This document shows, piece by piece, positions 1 to 9,700 of a DNA stretch of 64,000 nt. The stretch is from the IMG/VR virus record IMGVR_UViG_3300027791_000011; one strand, written 5' to 3'. The notes beneath the pieces were generated by a model that worked only from the letters and a program-made list of their open reading frames with translations, was not told the origin of the DNA and searched no databases. The position numbers and the translations under genes are program-made. This stretch comes from an uncultured virus (IMG/VR IMGVR_UViG_3300027791_000011) (Duplodnaviria > Heunggongvirae > Uroviricota > Caudoviricetes). Positions within the stretch are counted from its first letter, which is position 1. Every line of letters starts with the position of its first letter.

Positions 1-1259
1 AATTTTTCTATATCTGTTAATAGTTGCTCTTTATTATTACCATATGCTTCTACAAACCCTGGAAGAGTTTTAGCTAACTCTGCAGCCTCTGCTTGTCTAC
101 CAGTTTGTATTAAATTAGCAATCTGCATTATTTCCATAACTTTAGTAGCTTTTAAGTTATCACTTAGACCTTCAAAAGGTTTCCATCCTGGAGTTATTTC
201 GACACTGCCTGAAACTTCATTAAGAAATCCTAAGCTAGGCATAGCAGCAAAACTCGATAACAATCTAGTACCAGAAGCACTAGTTGTTCCTGACTCAATG
301 CCTATACTAACTTGTTGGTCTTTATCTATTGTAGTTGTATTACCCCTCATAATATCTAATAATATAGAAGGCTGTTTAAACATATCTCCACTACCACCAC
401 TACCACTACCATCACCACTACCAAGTGCAGAAGAAGATCTACTTCCACTAGTCCATCCAACTTGATTTTCAATTAATGGTCTAAATCTATTAAAGAGTAT
501 TTTTAAAGCTTCATCTCTATCTTCAGTTAGAGGAGGCTTACCGTTAACCATTTCTGTAATTTCTCTTAAAGCTTGTATACCTTCAGGAGTACTAGTTACA
601 AATTGCTCCATAAGTCCTTTTACTATTTTATCAGCCTTACTATTTGACACTCCTTTTCCTCCTTGATAAGTAGTCAAAACATCATAAATCTGATCGTTGT
701 TTAAATCTTCAAACATTGTACCTGACTTACCACCTGATTGTGCAATTGTGCCAACCATTTGTATAAATTTACTTTCTTGATCAAGTCTTTGTTCAGCCTG
801 ATGTTGATATTTATTTATACTACCATCATCATTTAATGTTCTAAAGTAATTAGGATCTTGCCCAAACATTAACATGCTAGAAAACCCACCAGGAGTTTGT
901 ATAGCCATTTGCTTAGTTATTTCGTATTCTGTAGCGTTTCGTCTAAACGCAGATGCTACAGGATCTGATGTGTAAAATTGCATAGCTTTGTTTACACTAG
1001 ACGTAGCATCTTCAGGTGCATCCATTACAGAGCCTAATATATTTTCTACCCCATCTTCTAAATACGTTCTACCATATTCATCTCCTGGCATAAAATTCAT
1101 TTTAGCTACACCCTCTTTAAGTAAAGAAGATCCTGCTACATTTTTATCGTATGTATCTCTTAAAGATTTAATTGATTCAATATACTTATCTACACCTACA
1201 TCATAGTATAAAGATTCATAATCAGATAATCCACTTGTTATATCGTATTTACTTGCCAT
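1..1259 (-). CDS. Putative virion cargo/ejection protein (partial, runs off window start)
   Basis: Read manually and not in the ORF track. ATG at 1259 gives MASKYDITSGLSDYESLYYD..., open to position 1. Lies downstream of the muzzle/cargo genes as in crAss-like phages. Confidence 0.65.
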   Translation of the reverse strand, partial: MASKYDITSGLSDYESLYYDVGVDKYIESIKSLRDTYDKNVAGSSLLKEGVAKMNFMPGDEYGRTYLEDGVENILGSVMDAPEDATSSVNKAMQFYTSDPVASAFRRNATEYEITKQMAIQTPGGFSSMLMFGQDPNYFRTLNDDGSINKYQHQAEQRLDQESKFIQMVGTIAQSGGKSGTMFEDLNNDQIYDVLTTYQGGKGVSNSKADKIVKGLMEQFVTSTPEGIQALREITEMVNGKPPLTEDRDEALKILFNRFRPLIENQVGWTSGSRSSSALGSGDGSGSGGSGDMFKQPSILLDIMRGNTTTIDKDQQVSIGIESGTTSASGTRLLSSFAAMPSLGFLNEVSGSVEITPGWKPFEGLSDNLKATKVMEIMQIANLIQTGRQAEAAELAKTLPGFVEAYGNNKEQLLTDIEK

Positions 1260-1275
1260 ATTTAATTAATATTTT

Positions 1276-4200
1276 TTATTCATAAAGCTCATCGCCTCCA
1301 TTAGCTCGAATCATTGCTTCTGTAATACCCATAGAGTTCATAAGCTTAATCGTAGTTTTTCTTTCCATCATACCAGTACCAGCTGTTAAAGCTGTTGATA
1401 CCATTGCCATTATATTTTTATCTGAATACATTTTTCTTGAATCTAACGTAACTCCTGATATAGTCCTCATTAAATTATCCATTATATCAATCTTAGCTTT
1501 CTTAGTAGCTGTCCTAAAGTCCATCTCCTCAAGTTTCATTTTAATGTTTTTAACTTGATTTTGTTTTTCAGCATCCATATAATAACCAGCCGTTAATTTC
1601 TTACCTTCATTATCAGCTTTCATTAATAGATCTTGTTTCTGAGCTTCTAATCCACTCACAGCTTCTCTTCTTTTCTTTTCTACTGATAGTATTGCTGCAG
1701 CACTTGCTCCTTTCTCTTTTAATAAATTGGCTGTCATTACAGCGTCTTCATTAGTTGTAGCTATTTGTTGATCTACTTCTTTTACAGGAGCTTTTATATT
1801 TATAATAGGAGACTCTATGTCAGGAACTTTTCCAAACTCTCCAACTTCACCTTCCATTAAGTTTGCTTGACTCCAGGCTGTAATAGCCGGTATAACACTC
1901 ATACCTAAATCTCCAGCCATTTTAAATGCTCCTGCCCATTTATTCGTTTTTAAACTTGGTACTACAGTTCCGTCGCCGCCAGTATTATTAATTTCTGGTG
2001 GTATAGGTATACAGTTCCCTGAGCCATCATCCATCATTCCTGCTCCACAAGTACCTGTAATATCATCTTCTTCTTCGACAACTATATCTTCACCTGTAGT
2101 TGCTTCTGTTCTATTTTGTGTTGTCCAAGCCCAAGCTCCTTGATGCTGTTTACCCCATTGAGTAGTATTATTCCAATCATATGAAGTAAAGTCTTGTTGT
2201 TTTTTTATAAAGCTTCTCCAATCATTATAGTTTTGAAATCCATACTTATTAAGCTCTGCCATACCAGGTTGAGTAAACTTACCGTCTTTACCATCATAGT
2301 TTAGCATGTCTGTATAAGTATTGTTAGGAGTAGTAATTGATGGGTATGGAGATTCCATTCCTTGATAGCCTGCAGGTAATCCTATAGCATTTGAATTATT
2401 ATTACCTTGATATTTTAAAATACCTCCTTGTTTAAATTCTTGTACAAACTGAGGTGTTTGTGCGTTTGTATTTACAAAACCTCCTTGTTGTTTTTGCTCC
2501 ATATTATCGTTATTAACTTGCCATTTTTTAGATCCAAAATCATATACATCACCCACGCTGTCTCTCTCTGCTTTGTATCCAGATTCAAACTCTACCACTT
2601 CATCTTCTGGATAATAATATCTCATATTCTGAAAATCTACAGAATCTTGAAAATATTGGTCTCCCTTATTGTCAAATAAAGTTTCTATTTTTTTGTTCTT
2701 GTCTACATCTGAACTGTCAGATTGCATAATTTGATCAAACTCTGATATAAACTTCTGACTTTCTTCAGACCATACGTCACCTGCATCTTTACCAAAAACA
2801 AACTCTCTACCTCCAGGAGTAGCTAAGAGTAAACTTATACGAGCACCATATCTAGTAACCATATTTTGACCACTTTTCATAGTGATAACTTTCATCATAT
2901 TTCTTATTGGCCCTTGATCTTTCCATGCAGTTTTTGCTACTTCTCTCCAATATTTTCCTCCTGTCCACTTTTGAAGTCCTTCTCTTAATCTATTAAATTT
3001 TGACGCTTTATCTGCACCCCAATCTTTAGATTTAGCTAATCTTTGTCTCCATCCTTTTTCTTTATCAGGGTCTTCATTGTCTTCTGGTGGCGCTGGTGGA
3101 GGACCAGTAGCAGTCATTGTGCTTGAAGCTTCATTTTCAAAAGCCTTACTTCCACTTTCTAAATCTACTTCCATAGGTCCATCTTCTATTGTACCACTTG
3201 GAAATGCTTCTTCATAAGCAGCATCAGCATCTGACATTTGATTTGCTGCAGCCATTGGCAGTACTTGAGATATTTGTGCTCTAGACATAAACACTTCTCC
3301 ATTAGCTGTAGGTACCATAATACCTTCAAGGTTATTTTGCGTTGTATATATTCTTTCTCCTATCGCAGTTTGAGTTAAGGTTTCAAAACTTGCTTTTAAA
3401 GTATTTTGAGCTGATATTGATAAATCAGAGTAAGCGCCTGAAGATGTGGTTTGAGCCCATATGTCGCTCCATGGAATTGATGCAGCTGCGTCTACTGCTA
3501 AAGCCGTAGCAATAACAGGTAACAAAACATCGTCAACAACTCCTATAACTGTAGCGTCGTCTGCTACTAACATTACCGCCGCTCCCTTTAAAAAATCTTT
3601 AGAGCCTTCACTTAACAAGCCTTCATTTTCTTTTGTAGGAGAACCATCTGATCTTATTCCAGCTTGAACACCTAAGGCATTCTCCTTCTTAGACTCTTGG
3701 CTAATTAAATTATTATATGCGTTTTTTATTTCTGATATTGAAGGCTTTACCCAATTACCATTAGCATCTTTATAAAACCCTTCTCCTTTAGTTCTATTAC
3801 CTTCTGTGTATATATAATCTACCTGTTTATCTTGATAAGCATTAAGATCCCCTTGGAATCTTTTAAACTCTCCATCTAAAGAAAAGTTATAATCGTTTTT
3901 ATTAGGAGCTTCTCCAATCGCTAAGATTTCTCTTTCCTTTTCGCTTTGCAGGGACATGTTATCACGATCTTCTTGTGTTTCAACTCTTCCATACAGATAC
4001 TCATTTATAGGTACTTTTAGTATTTCTTGTGTGTTATTTTCGCTACTTCCTCTTACAGTAGATACATGGGTTGCTTTATTTACATCAAATGTAAATTCAT
4101 CTCCCATTATATACATACCATTAGTGTATTGATTTTTATACCCATATTCTGCTGTACCAAAAGGAATCTCTGGAACAGTACCTGCAGACCACATAGTATT

Positions 4201-4443
4201 ATATCTAGATAGTCTACCGTCTAATGTTTCATAAGCTGCTTCTGAATCTTCCTCTGTGTAATAAGAATTTGGATATCTTGAGGCTTTAACTGGCACTTCT
4301 GCTAACTCTATAGGATTAGCTTGAGTACCCATACCACTTTCAAATCCTGTCTCAGGAGTTTCTTCAACTATATTAGTATTAGTTTGACCTTGATACTTTC
4401 TTAATATTTTTCTTTGCTGTATTAAACTATTTAAATCTGCCAT
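1276..4443 (-). CDS. Putative virion cargo/ejection protein, 1055 aa
   Basis: Post-muzzle position, low complexity, KYQG/KQGG motifs, hydrophobic ADDATVIGVVDD hairpin and C-terminal coiled coil. Confidence 0.6.
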   Translation of the reverse strand: MADLNSLIQQRKILRKYQGQTNTNIVEETPETGFESGMGTQANPIELAEVPVKASRYPNSYYTEEDSEAAYETLDGRLSRYNTMWSAGTVPEIPFGTAEYGYKNQYTNGMYIMGDEFTFDVNKATHVSTVRGSSENNTQEILKVPINEYLYGRVETQEDRDNMSLQSEKEREILAIGEAPNKNDYNFSLDGEFKRFQGDLNAYQDKQVDYIYTEGNRTKGEGFYKDANGNWVKPSISEIKNAYNNLISQESKKENALGVQAGIRSDGSPTKENEGLLSEGSKDFLKGAAVMLVADDATVIGVVDDVLLPVIATALAVDAAASIPWSDIWAQTTSSGAYSDLSISAQNTLKASFETLTQTAIGERIYTTQNNLEGIMVPTANGEVFMSRAQISQVLPMAAANQMSDADAAYEEAFPSGTIEDGPMEVDLESGSKAFENEASSTMTATGPPPAPPEDNEDPDKEKGWRQRLAKSKDWGADKASKFNRLREGLQKWTGGKYWREVAKTAWKDQGPIRNMMKVITMKSGQNMVTRYGARISLLLATPGGREFVFGKDAGDVWSEESQKFISEFDQIMQSDSSDVDKNKKIETLFDNKGDQYFQDSVDFQNMRYYYPEDEVVEFESGYKAERDSVGDVYDFGSKKWQVNNDNMEQKQQGGFVNTNAQTPQFVQEFKQGGILKYQGNNNSNAIGLPAGYQGMESPYPSITTPNNTYTDMLNYDGKDGKFTQPGMAELNKYGFQNYNDWRSFIKKQQDFTSYDWNNTTQWGKQHQGAWAWTTQNRTEATTGEDIVVEEEDDITGTCGAGMMDDGSGNCIPIPPEINNTGGDGTVVPSLKTNKWAGAFKMAGDLGMSVIPAITAWSQANLMEGEVGEFGKVPDIESPIINIKAPVKEVDQQIATTNEDAVMTANLLKEKGASAAAILSVEKKRREAVSGLEAQKQDLLMKADNEGKKLTAGYYMDAEKQNQVKNIKMKLEEMDFRTATKKAKIDIMDNLMRTISGVTLDSRKMYSDKNIMAMVSTALTAGTGMMERKTTIKLMNSMGITEAMIRANGGDELYE

Positions 4444-4452
4444 AATTATATT

Positions 4453-5841
4453 TTAGTATTTCATAACTCTTCCTATGAAGCCTCCTTTTTTCATATTTCC
4501 TCCTTGAGATAAATCCATCATTTGCTGCTCTCCACTAGGGGTTGGGCTGTAACCAGACCCTCCTTGATCTTGCATGATTCTATTAATTAATTCTGCTTCT
4601 TTATCTGTTCTTGTAGGCATAGTCTGTTTAGCTGCGCCGTCATCTTGTTGAGACTCATTAGTCATAAAGTTAATCCATTGCATTTGCTCTTCTTGAGACA
4701 TGTTTTCAAAATCCATTTTAACTTTATCTTGTGCTTCTGGTGGTAATGACTCAATACCTAACCCTCCAGAAAACTTTAGCATACCCATCATTTTATTAAC
4801 AATTCCTTGACCTTGTGGAGGCATTGGCCCTTGCGGTCCTTGTTGTTCTTGCATTTGAGTCTCCATTTGAGGCATAGATCTTTCTACTCCTTCTCCTGAA
4901 CTCATATCTAAGGGCATTGGTCCTCCAGCTTGATATTTATAAGCACCTCCATGCCTCATGATTCTTTGCCCTAACATTGCTGGATTGTCAGACGGTATAC
5001 CTTGCATTTGTTGTGGCTGTAAAGAATTCATAACTCCACCTCTTTGTCCATACCCCATAGCTTCTCGATCTTCAGAATTAATAGTACCCGTGTAATCAGT
5101 AGTCTCATTACTCCAATTATTACCACGACTATATGCGTCCCCAATACTTTGATCATTTCCATATGTTTTACCAGTAGCTTGCTCAGTCATTATCTCGGTG
5201 CCCATCTTTACACCTCTAGTCAATTGTCCTCCTAACCAATTAAGAGGTTGAAACGCTTTTTGATACCACTTTCTCTCATCAACTCCATGTTGTAATTGTC
5301 GCATACCTCTCTGTCTTTGTATAGCAGGACCAACATCAGATCCTTCACCTGAGTATACACGGCCACCTTCGTTATATTTCATTTTACCTCCATAACCATA
5401 TTTCATTACACCTCCATAGTGGCCACGATTGTTTTTATTATTCATATCTGTATTATTTAAATTGTTATAAGCACCCCCTCTTTGTGCGGGAGTTACCTGT
5501 ATGTCGCTTGATTGTCTTTTAGCTTTACCGTCTTGCTCTGAAGCTAAAGCATCTACTTGTGTTTGCGGTGCATTTGAGTTAATCAACGAATCAAACTCAT
5601 CTGCATATGAAACGCCTCCTCTTCTTTTTACATACTCTGAAAATATAAAAGGCTGTCTACCTTGATTGGTATTAACTTCACCTACAGACTCTCCACCTTC
5701 TACTTCAATCATCCCTCCGTTTCCTCCAATCTGAGTTTTAATTCCATTATTAGCATGTTTAGGTCCATAAAATTTACCAGAGCGTGGCCCTGTTTTTTTA
5801 TAACTTCCTTGTCCCACTACGTTAAAGTTTAATTTAGACAT
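4453..5841 (-). CDS. Putative cargo protein with GPxHxxxGI...EVEGGE domain and many xxGG repeats
   Basis: GPKHANNGI and IEVEGGE motifs, a repeated MKYxxGG motif, and Met/Gln/Gly-rich composition. Confidence 0.6.
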   Translation of the reverse strand: MSKLNFNVVGQGSYKKTGPRSGKFYGPKHANNGIKTQIGGNGGMIEVEGGESVGEVNTNQGRQPFIFSEYVKRRGGVSYADEFDSLINSNAPQTQVDALASEQDGKAKRQSSDIQVTPAQRGGAYNNLNNTDMNNKNNRGHYGGVMKYGYGGKMKYNEGGRVYSGEGSDVGPAIQRQRGMRQLQHGVDERKWYQKAFQPLNWLGGQLTRGVKMGTEIMTEQATGKTYGNDQSIGDAYSRGNNWSNETTDYTGTINSEDREAMGYGQRGGVMNSLQPQQMQGIPSDNPAMLGQRIMRHGGAYKYQAGGPMPLDMSSGEGVERSMPQMETQMQEQQGPQGPMPPQGQGIVNKMMGMLKFSGGLGIESLPPEAQDKVKMDFENMSQEEQMQWINFMTNESQQDDGAAKQTMPTRTDKEAELINRIMQDQGGSGYSPTPSGEQQMMDLSQGGNMKKGGFIGRVMKY

Positions 5842-5844
5842 ATT

Positions 5845-6774
5845 TTATGAGTATTTAGTGTTCCACCAGTTGTATGATAAAGGTTGAGTACCTTGAATTG
5901 TATTCGCCTTTCTTGATTTTTTTCTAAACGCTAATAGTTTAGCGTCATATTGTTTCTTAAGTTGATCTTTTCTAGCTTTAGCTTTTTTAGCAGCTTTATC
6001 ACCTAAACTTGTACTGATTAGTGCAGCGGTAATTGCAGCAGGTATAGCTAATATAGGTCCTGCTCCTGGGATAAGCATTGCCATTTGAAATGCTGTTGAA
6101 CCCCAAGACATAGCATCTCCCGCTTTTTCATTACCTGTATAAGTAGTAGGATCTTTATCGTCAGCTAGATATTTTGTAGCAGCTCCAAGAACTCCAACTC
6201 CAGTCGCAACTCCAGATAAACTACTCACTGTTGATGCGTATTGACTACCTGCCATTTTATTACCAAAATTTTGCAACCCTTTACCAACAGACCATTCAGC
6301 ATTTTTTGTAACTAAAGCTCCGTCTACAATTTTCATACCTTTTGGTGCCGTACCTGCGTTAAATAAAAGTTGATCTGCTTTACTAAGTTTTGTCATATCA
6401 ACAGCAGTAAACTTAGGCGTCGCTTGAAAAGTACTAGCAGATGAAGTGTTCCACCATTTACCAGCATTAGCTGGATCATTTGATCCCCACATTCTTGTAG
6501 GGTCATTTAAATTTTGAGCAGTAGTTTTAAGATTGTTACCTTTGTATTGGTTAAAAGTATACAGTTGAGCTTGATTTCCTATGCCCTTTCTTTTTTGATC
6601 TCCGTAAAAATCTAATTGTGATTGTTGCTGACCAGTAGTATTTAGAGCAGCTATATCACTTTGATACCCTGTATTTAAAGCGTATAAGTCGCCTGCTCTT
6701 TTACCATTCCAATAAGTACCACGCTTTTGATTTGTCTTATCTAGTAAATTATTATATGAGAAAATATCTGCCAT
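5845..6774 (-). CDS. Putative membrane-inserting ejection (cargo) protein
   Basis: Directly after the muzzle gene. Gly/Ala-rich hydrophobic helices (GVATGVGVLGAA; MLIPGAGPILAIPAAITAALI) are followed by a basic helix. Confidence 0.6.
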   Translation of the reverse strand: MADIFSYNNLLDKTNQKRGTYWNGKRAGDLYALNTGYQSDIAALNTTGQQQSQLDFYGDQKRKGIGNQAQLYTFNQYKGNNLKTTAQNLNDPTRMWGSNDPANAGKWWNTSSASTFQATPKFTAVDMTKLSKADQLLFNAGTAPKGMKIVDGALVTKNAEWSVGKGLQNFGNKMAGSQYASTVSSLSGVATGVGVLGAATKYLADDKDPTTYTGNEKAGDAMSWGSTAFQMAMLIPGAGPILAIPAAITAALISTSLGDKAAKKAKARKDQLKKQYDAKLLAFRKKSRKANTIQGTQPLSYNWWNTKYS

Positions 6775-9700
6775 TATCTATAACTTATTTTTTTATATGC
6801 GTCTACCGAATACAAAGATACAAAATTATTTTGTATATTACTATAATAATATCTAATTCCTAACCATTTATCTGTGAATTTACCTCTTTCATGCCATTGT
6901 TTAGTAGCTGACAGGTAATCAGTGTTAAATCCAGGTAGCCAATCTTCTGCAAATCCTGCCCCAATTGATGATGTGTCTGGCCATGAACCAGGATCAACAT
7001 AGTTATTAACCATAGGCTCATTACTAGGTGGATTATTAAGAACACTGTAGTCTACGTCATCTCTAAATCCATTGAAGTACCAAGATCTTTCTGTCTTTCT
7101 ACCATTAACTCCCTCTGCATAAGGAATTACCGCAGACAACTGTCTTGAGTTATATACTTGAAAGGAAGATACTGGAGGATTAAAAGGAAGATCCATATAA
7201 GATCCTGAAATTACGTCTATATGCGTAGCTACCCAAGTAATAGATTTATATGTTTTTGTTAGCTCAGGACCTTCATTATCAATATAGTCTACCATAAACC
7301 CGTAGTTGGTATTATAGAATCGCCCAGGAGTTTGGTAAATTAAATTTTCTACTGGAGGTTGATGCTCCCACAAATTATTACCAAGTTCATGTTGGGGTAC
7401 CTTAAAATTATAAGATCTCCCTTCTACACTATAAAATCTCTTTAGTCCGGCTAAATAGTGCACAGGTTTGTAACTATGAAAAGATACCCACGCTTTACTT
7501 TGAGGGTCATATGATGCCGTCCATTCTTTATGTCTTAAAAAATGCTCTAACGTCACTTGCGCACCTGAGTCGGAAAACCATCTTGTTTCAGGATCATAAG
7601 AAACAGTACTCCAATCAGAGTTTGGGTTTGGCTTTAAATCTTTTTTAGTTAATATAAATCTTTTAAGAGAAGGATCATATGTAGCAATTATACCTATCCT
7701 TTTAATAGGATTATCATAATTATACGGTAATCCATACTGAGTTAGCTCTTTTCCAGTTTGAAGATGTTCTGCAAAAAAATGTTTTAACCCGTGTGAAGAA
7801 ATTTCTTCAAGTTTTTCACCCATTAAAAATATCTTTCCTGCATCTTTATCTGCAAAAAAGTATCCAAACTCAGAAGATACTGCTCCCCATTGACTTCCGC
7901 TACCTCCATAACCTCTATCAGTAAGTAGTATTTCTGCAGGATCTTTTTCAAATAAGTCTCCGGTACCAAGAAAAGCCTCAGAAGCATCTGATACTTGTAG
8001 TGTTTCTTTACCTTTAGTAAGGTACATTGCTCTTTCCATGTGTGGAACTACAACATTATTCCAAGATTTAACTTTCCACAACTCACCTCTATGTCTAGGA
8101 AGATCTCTATAATCTTCAGGTAAATAAACCCTAAAATTATCTCTTAATCCTGACTGGTTATATTTAATACTTCTTATTATTCTTGTAGGAAAATCTGTAA
8201 AACTTTGTAAAGGCTCATCTTTATCAAAAGCCTGCACAATCCTAGTCATGTTTAATTTATTAAAATCTAAATTATATGTAGCTAGTTTTTTAGTTGGGGC
8301 TTCATGATCCATTAATAATGAATGACTAGCAGGATAAGATGGATAATAAGCTGTGTCATCTGAATCGGTATGCCTCATATAAGGATTATGTCTAGACTCA
8401 GTCATAAAAACATAAACTGCATAATCCCAAATTTTAGAATTGTTTATCAGCATTACGGATGATGGGGAAAACATTTCGTCATGACTCATCGGAGCTCCAC
8501 CTCCTAAGATATGTTGATGGTACTGAGTTGAACCACCTGCTGGATAAGTGGTGTATCTAGTGGATTTTCTATATCTGTCATATGAATAGTACCCAATATA
8601 GGTATCTCCTCCCATGCAAATATCACCTTCACCAAACCAATCTCCTGTACTGTTTGGATTGTGCATGTATCCCAGACCTCCACCTGGATCAATAATATTT
8701 TGTGCATATCCTGTATATACAAATTGAGTTTGATTATTAAATCCTAAATGCACATTTAATTTAAACGAATGAAAATTAGCGTGGCTATGATAATAAACTG
8801 CTACTTTGTTTATCTCATTTGTTGAGCTTGCTGAGTCTCTATATATATCCTGAACTGATCCGTTATTATGGTACCAATTATCAAACCCCCAAGAATCATA
8901 CATCTCAAACGCAATACATTCAGTTCCATTCTCATTATCTACAGGATTAGTAAACCCAGAAGGTTGCATAATGGATCCTCCAGGTACACGAGTCTTAGCT
9001 CTAAGAGCAAATGTTCTCTTCATATTTCCAACGCCCCATAGGTTATGTTTACAAAAATCATAACTTAGATGAGTTTCATTTTGCCTGTTACCAAAAGTTA
9101 CACCATCAGAAGATTGTTGCCAAATAGAAAAGCCATCACCATTTATCGCATATTCAGTGTCTTCAAATTGCACCCAATCTATAGAATCAATAGTATCCCC
9201 ACTCAGCATTGAGTCTAAAGGCAAGGCTGTAAAAAATGGAGTAGGCACTTCACTCAAACCACCAGTTGGCCCTGCAATGTACTGATCGTCTAGCCATTGG
9301 TGAGGAAAGGCAAGCCATGCAGATCCAAAGTTATCAAAATGTTTACCTCCATTTTCTCTCCCTCCTTGTATTGGAGCGTAATCAACACATACTTTTTCGT
9401 TTGTAGTTTTTTCTAAATAATATATTTTATAAGCAACGCATAACTCTATAACTTCTGCAGGTATTGGAACGTCATTAATTCGTATTCCTAAAGGGTTAAC
9501 AGTTTGCAATTGTTGTGTATTAAAATCAACAGAATTTCCCATAAACCCGGATTCAGCAAAAGCAGCATTTGTAGGAAAATGATGATGCCTAACTTTCTCA
9601 CCGTGTAAGTCTATAGATCCTGGAACCTGATTACCATTACCAAACGTATCAACTTTCCACTCTTCAAAATTACCTGCATAATTACCATCTATATCTACAT

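Noticed and set aside
390..425. CCACTA microsatellite
   Set aside because: It encodes a Gly/Ser linker (GSGDGSGSGGSG) in the partial cargo gene.
1..4443. Virion RNA polymerase
   Set aside because: No DxDxD catalytic motif seen and the ORFs are too short. If present, it probably lies beyond the window start.
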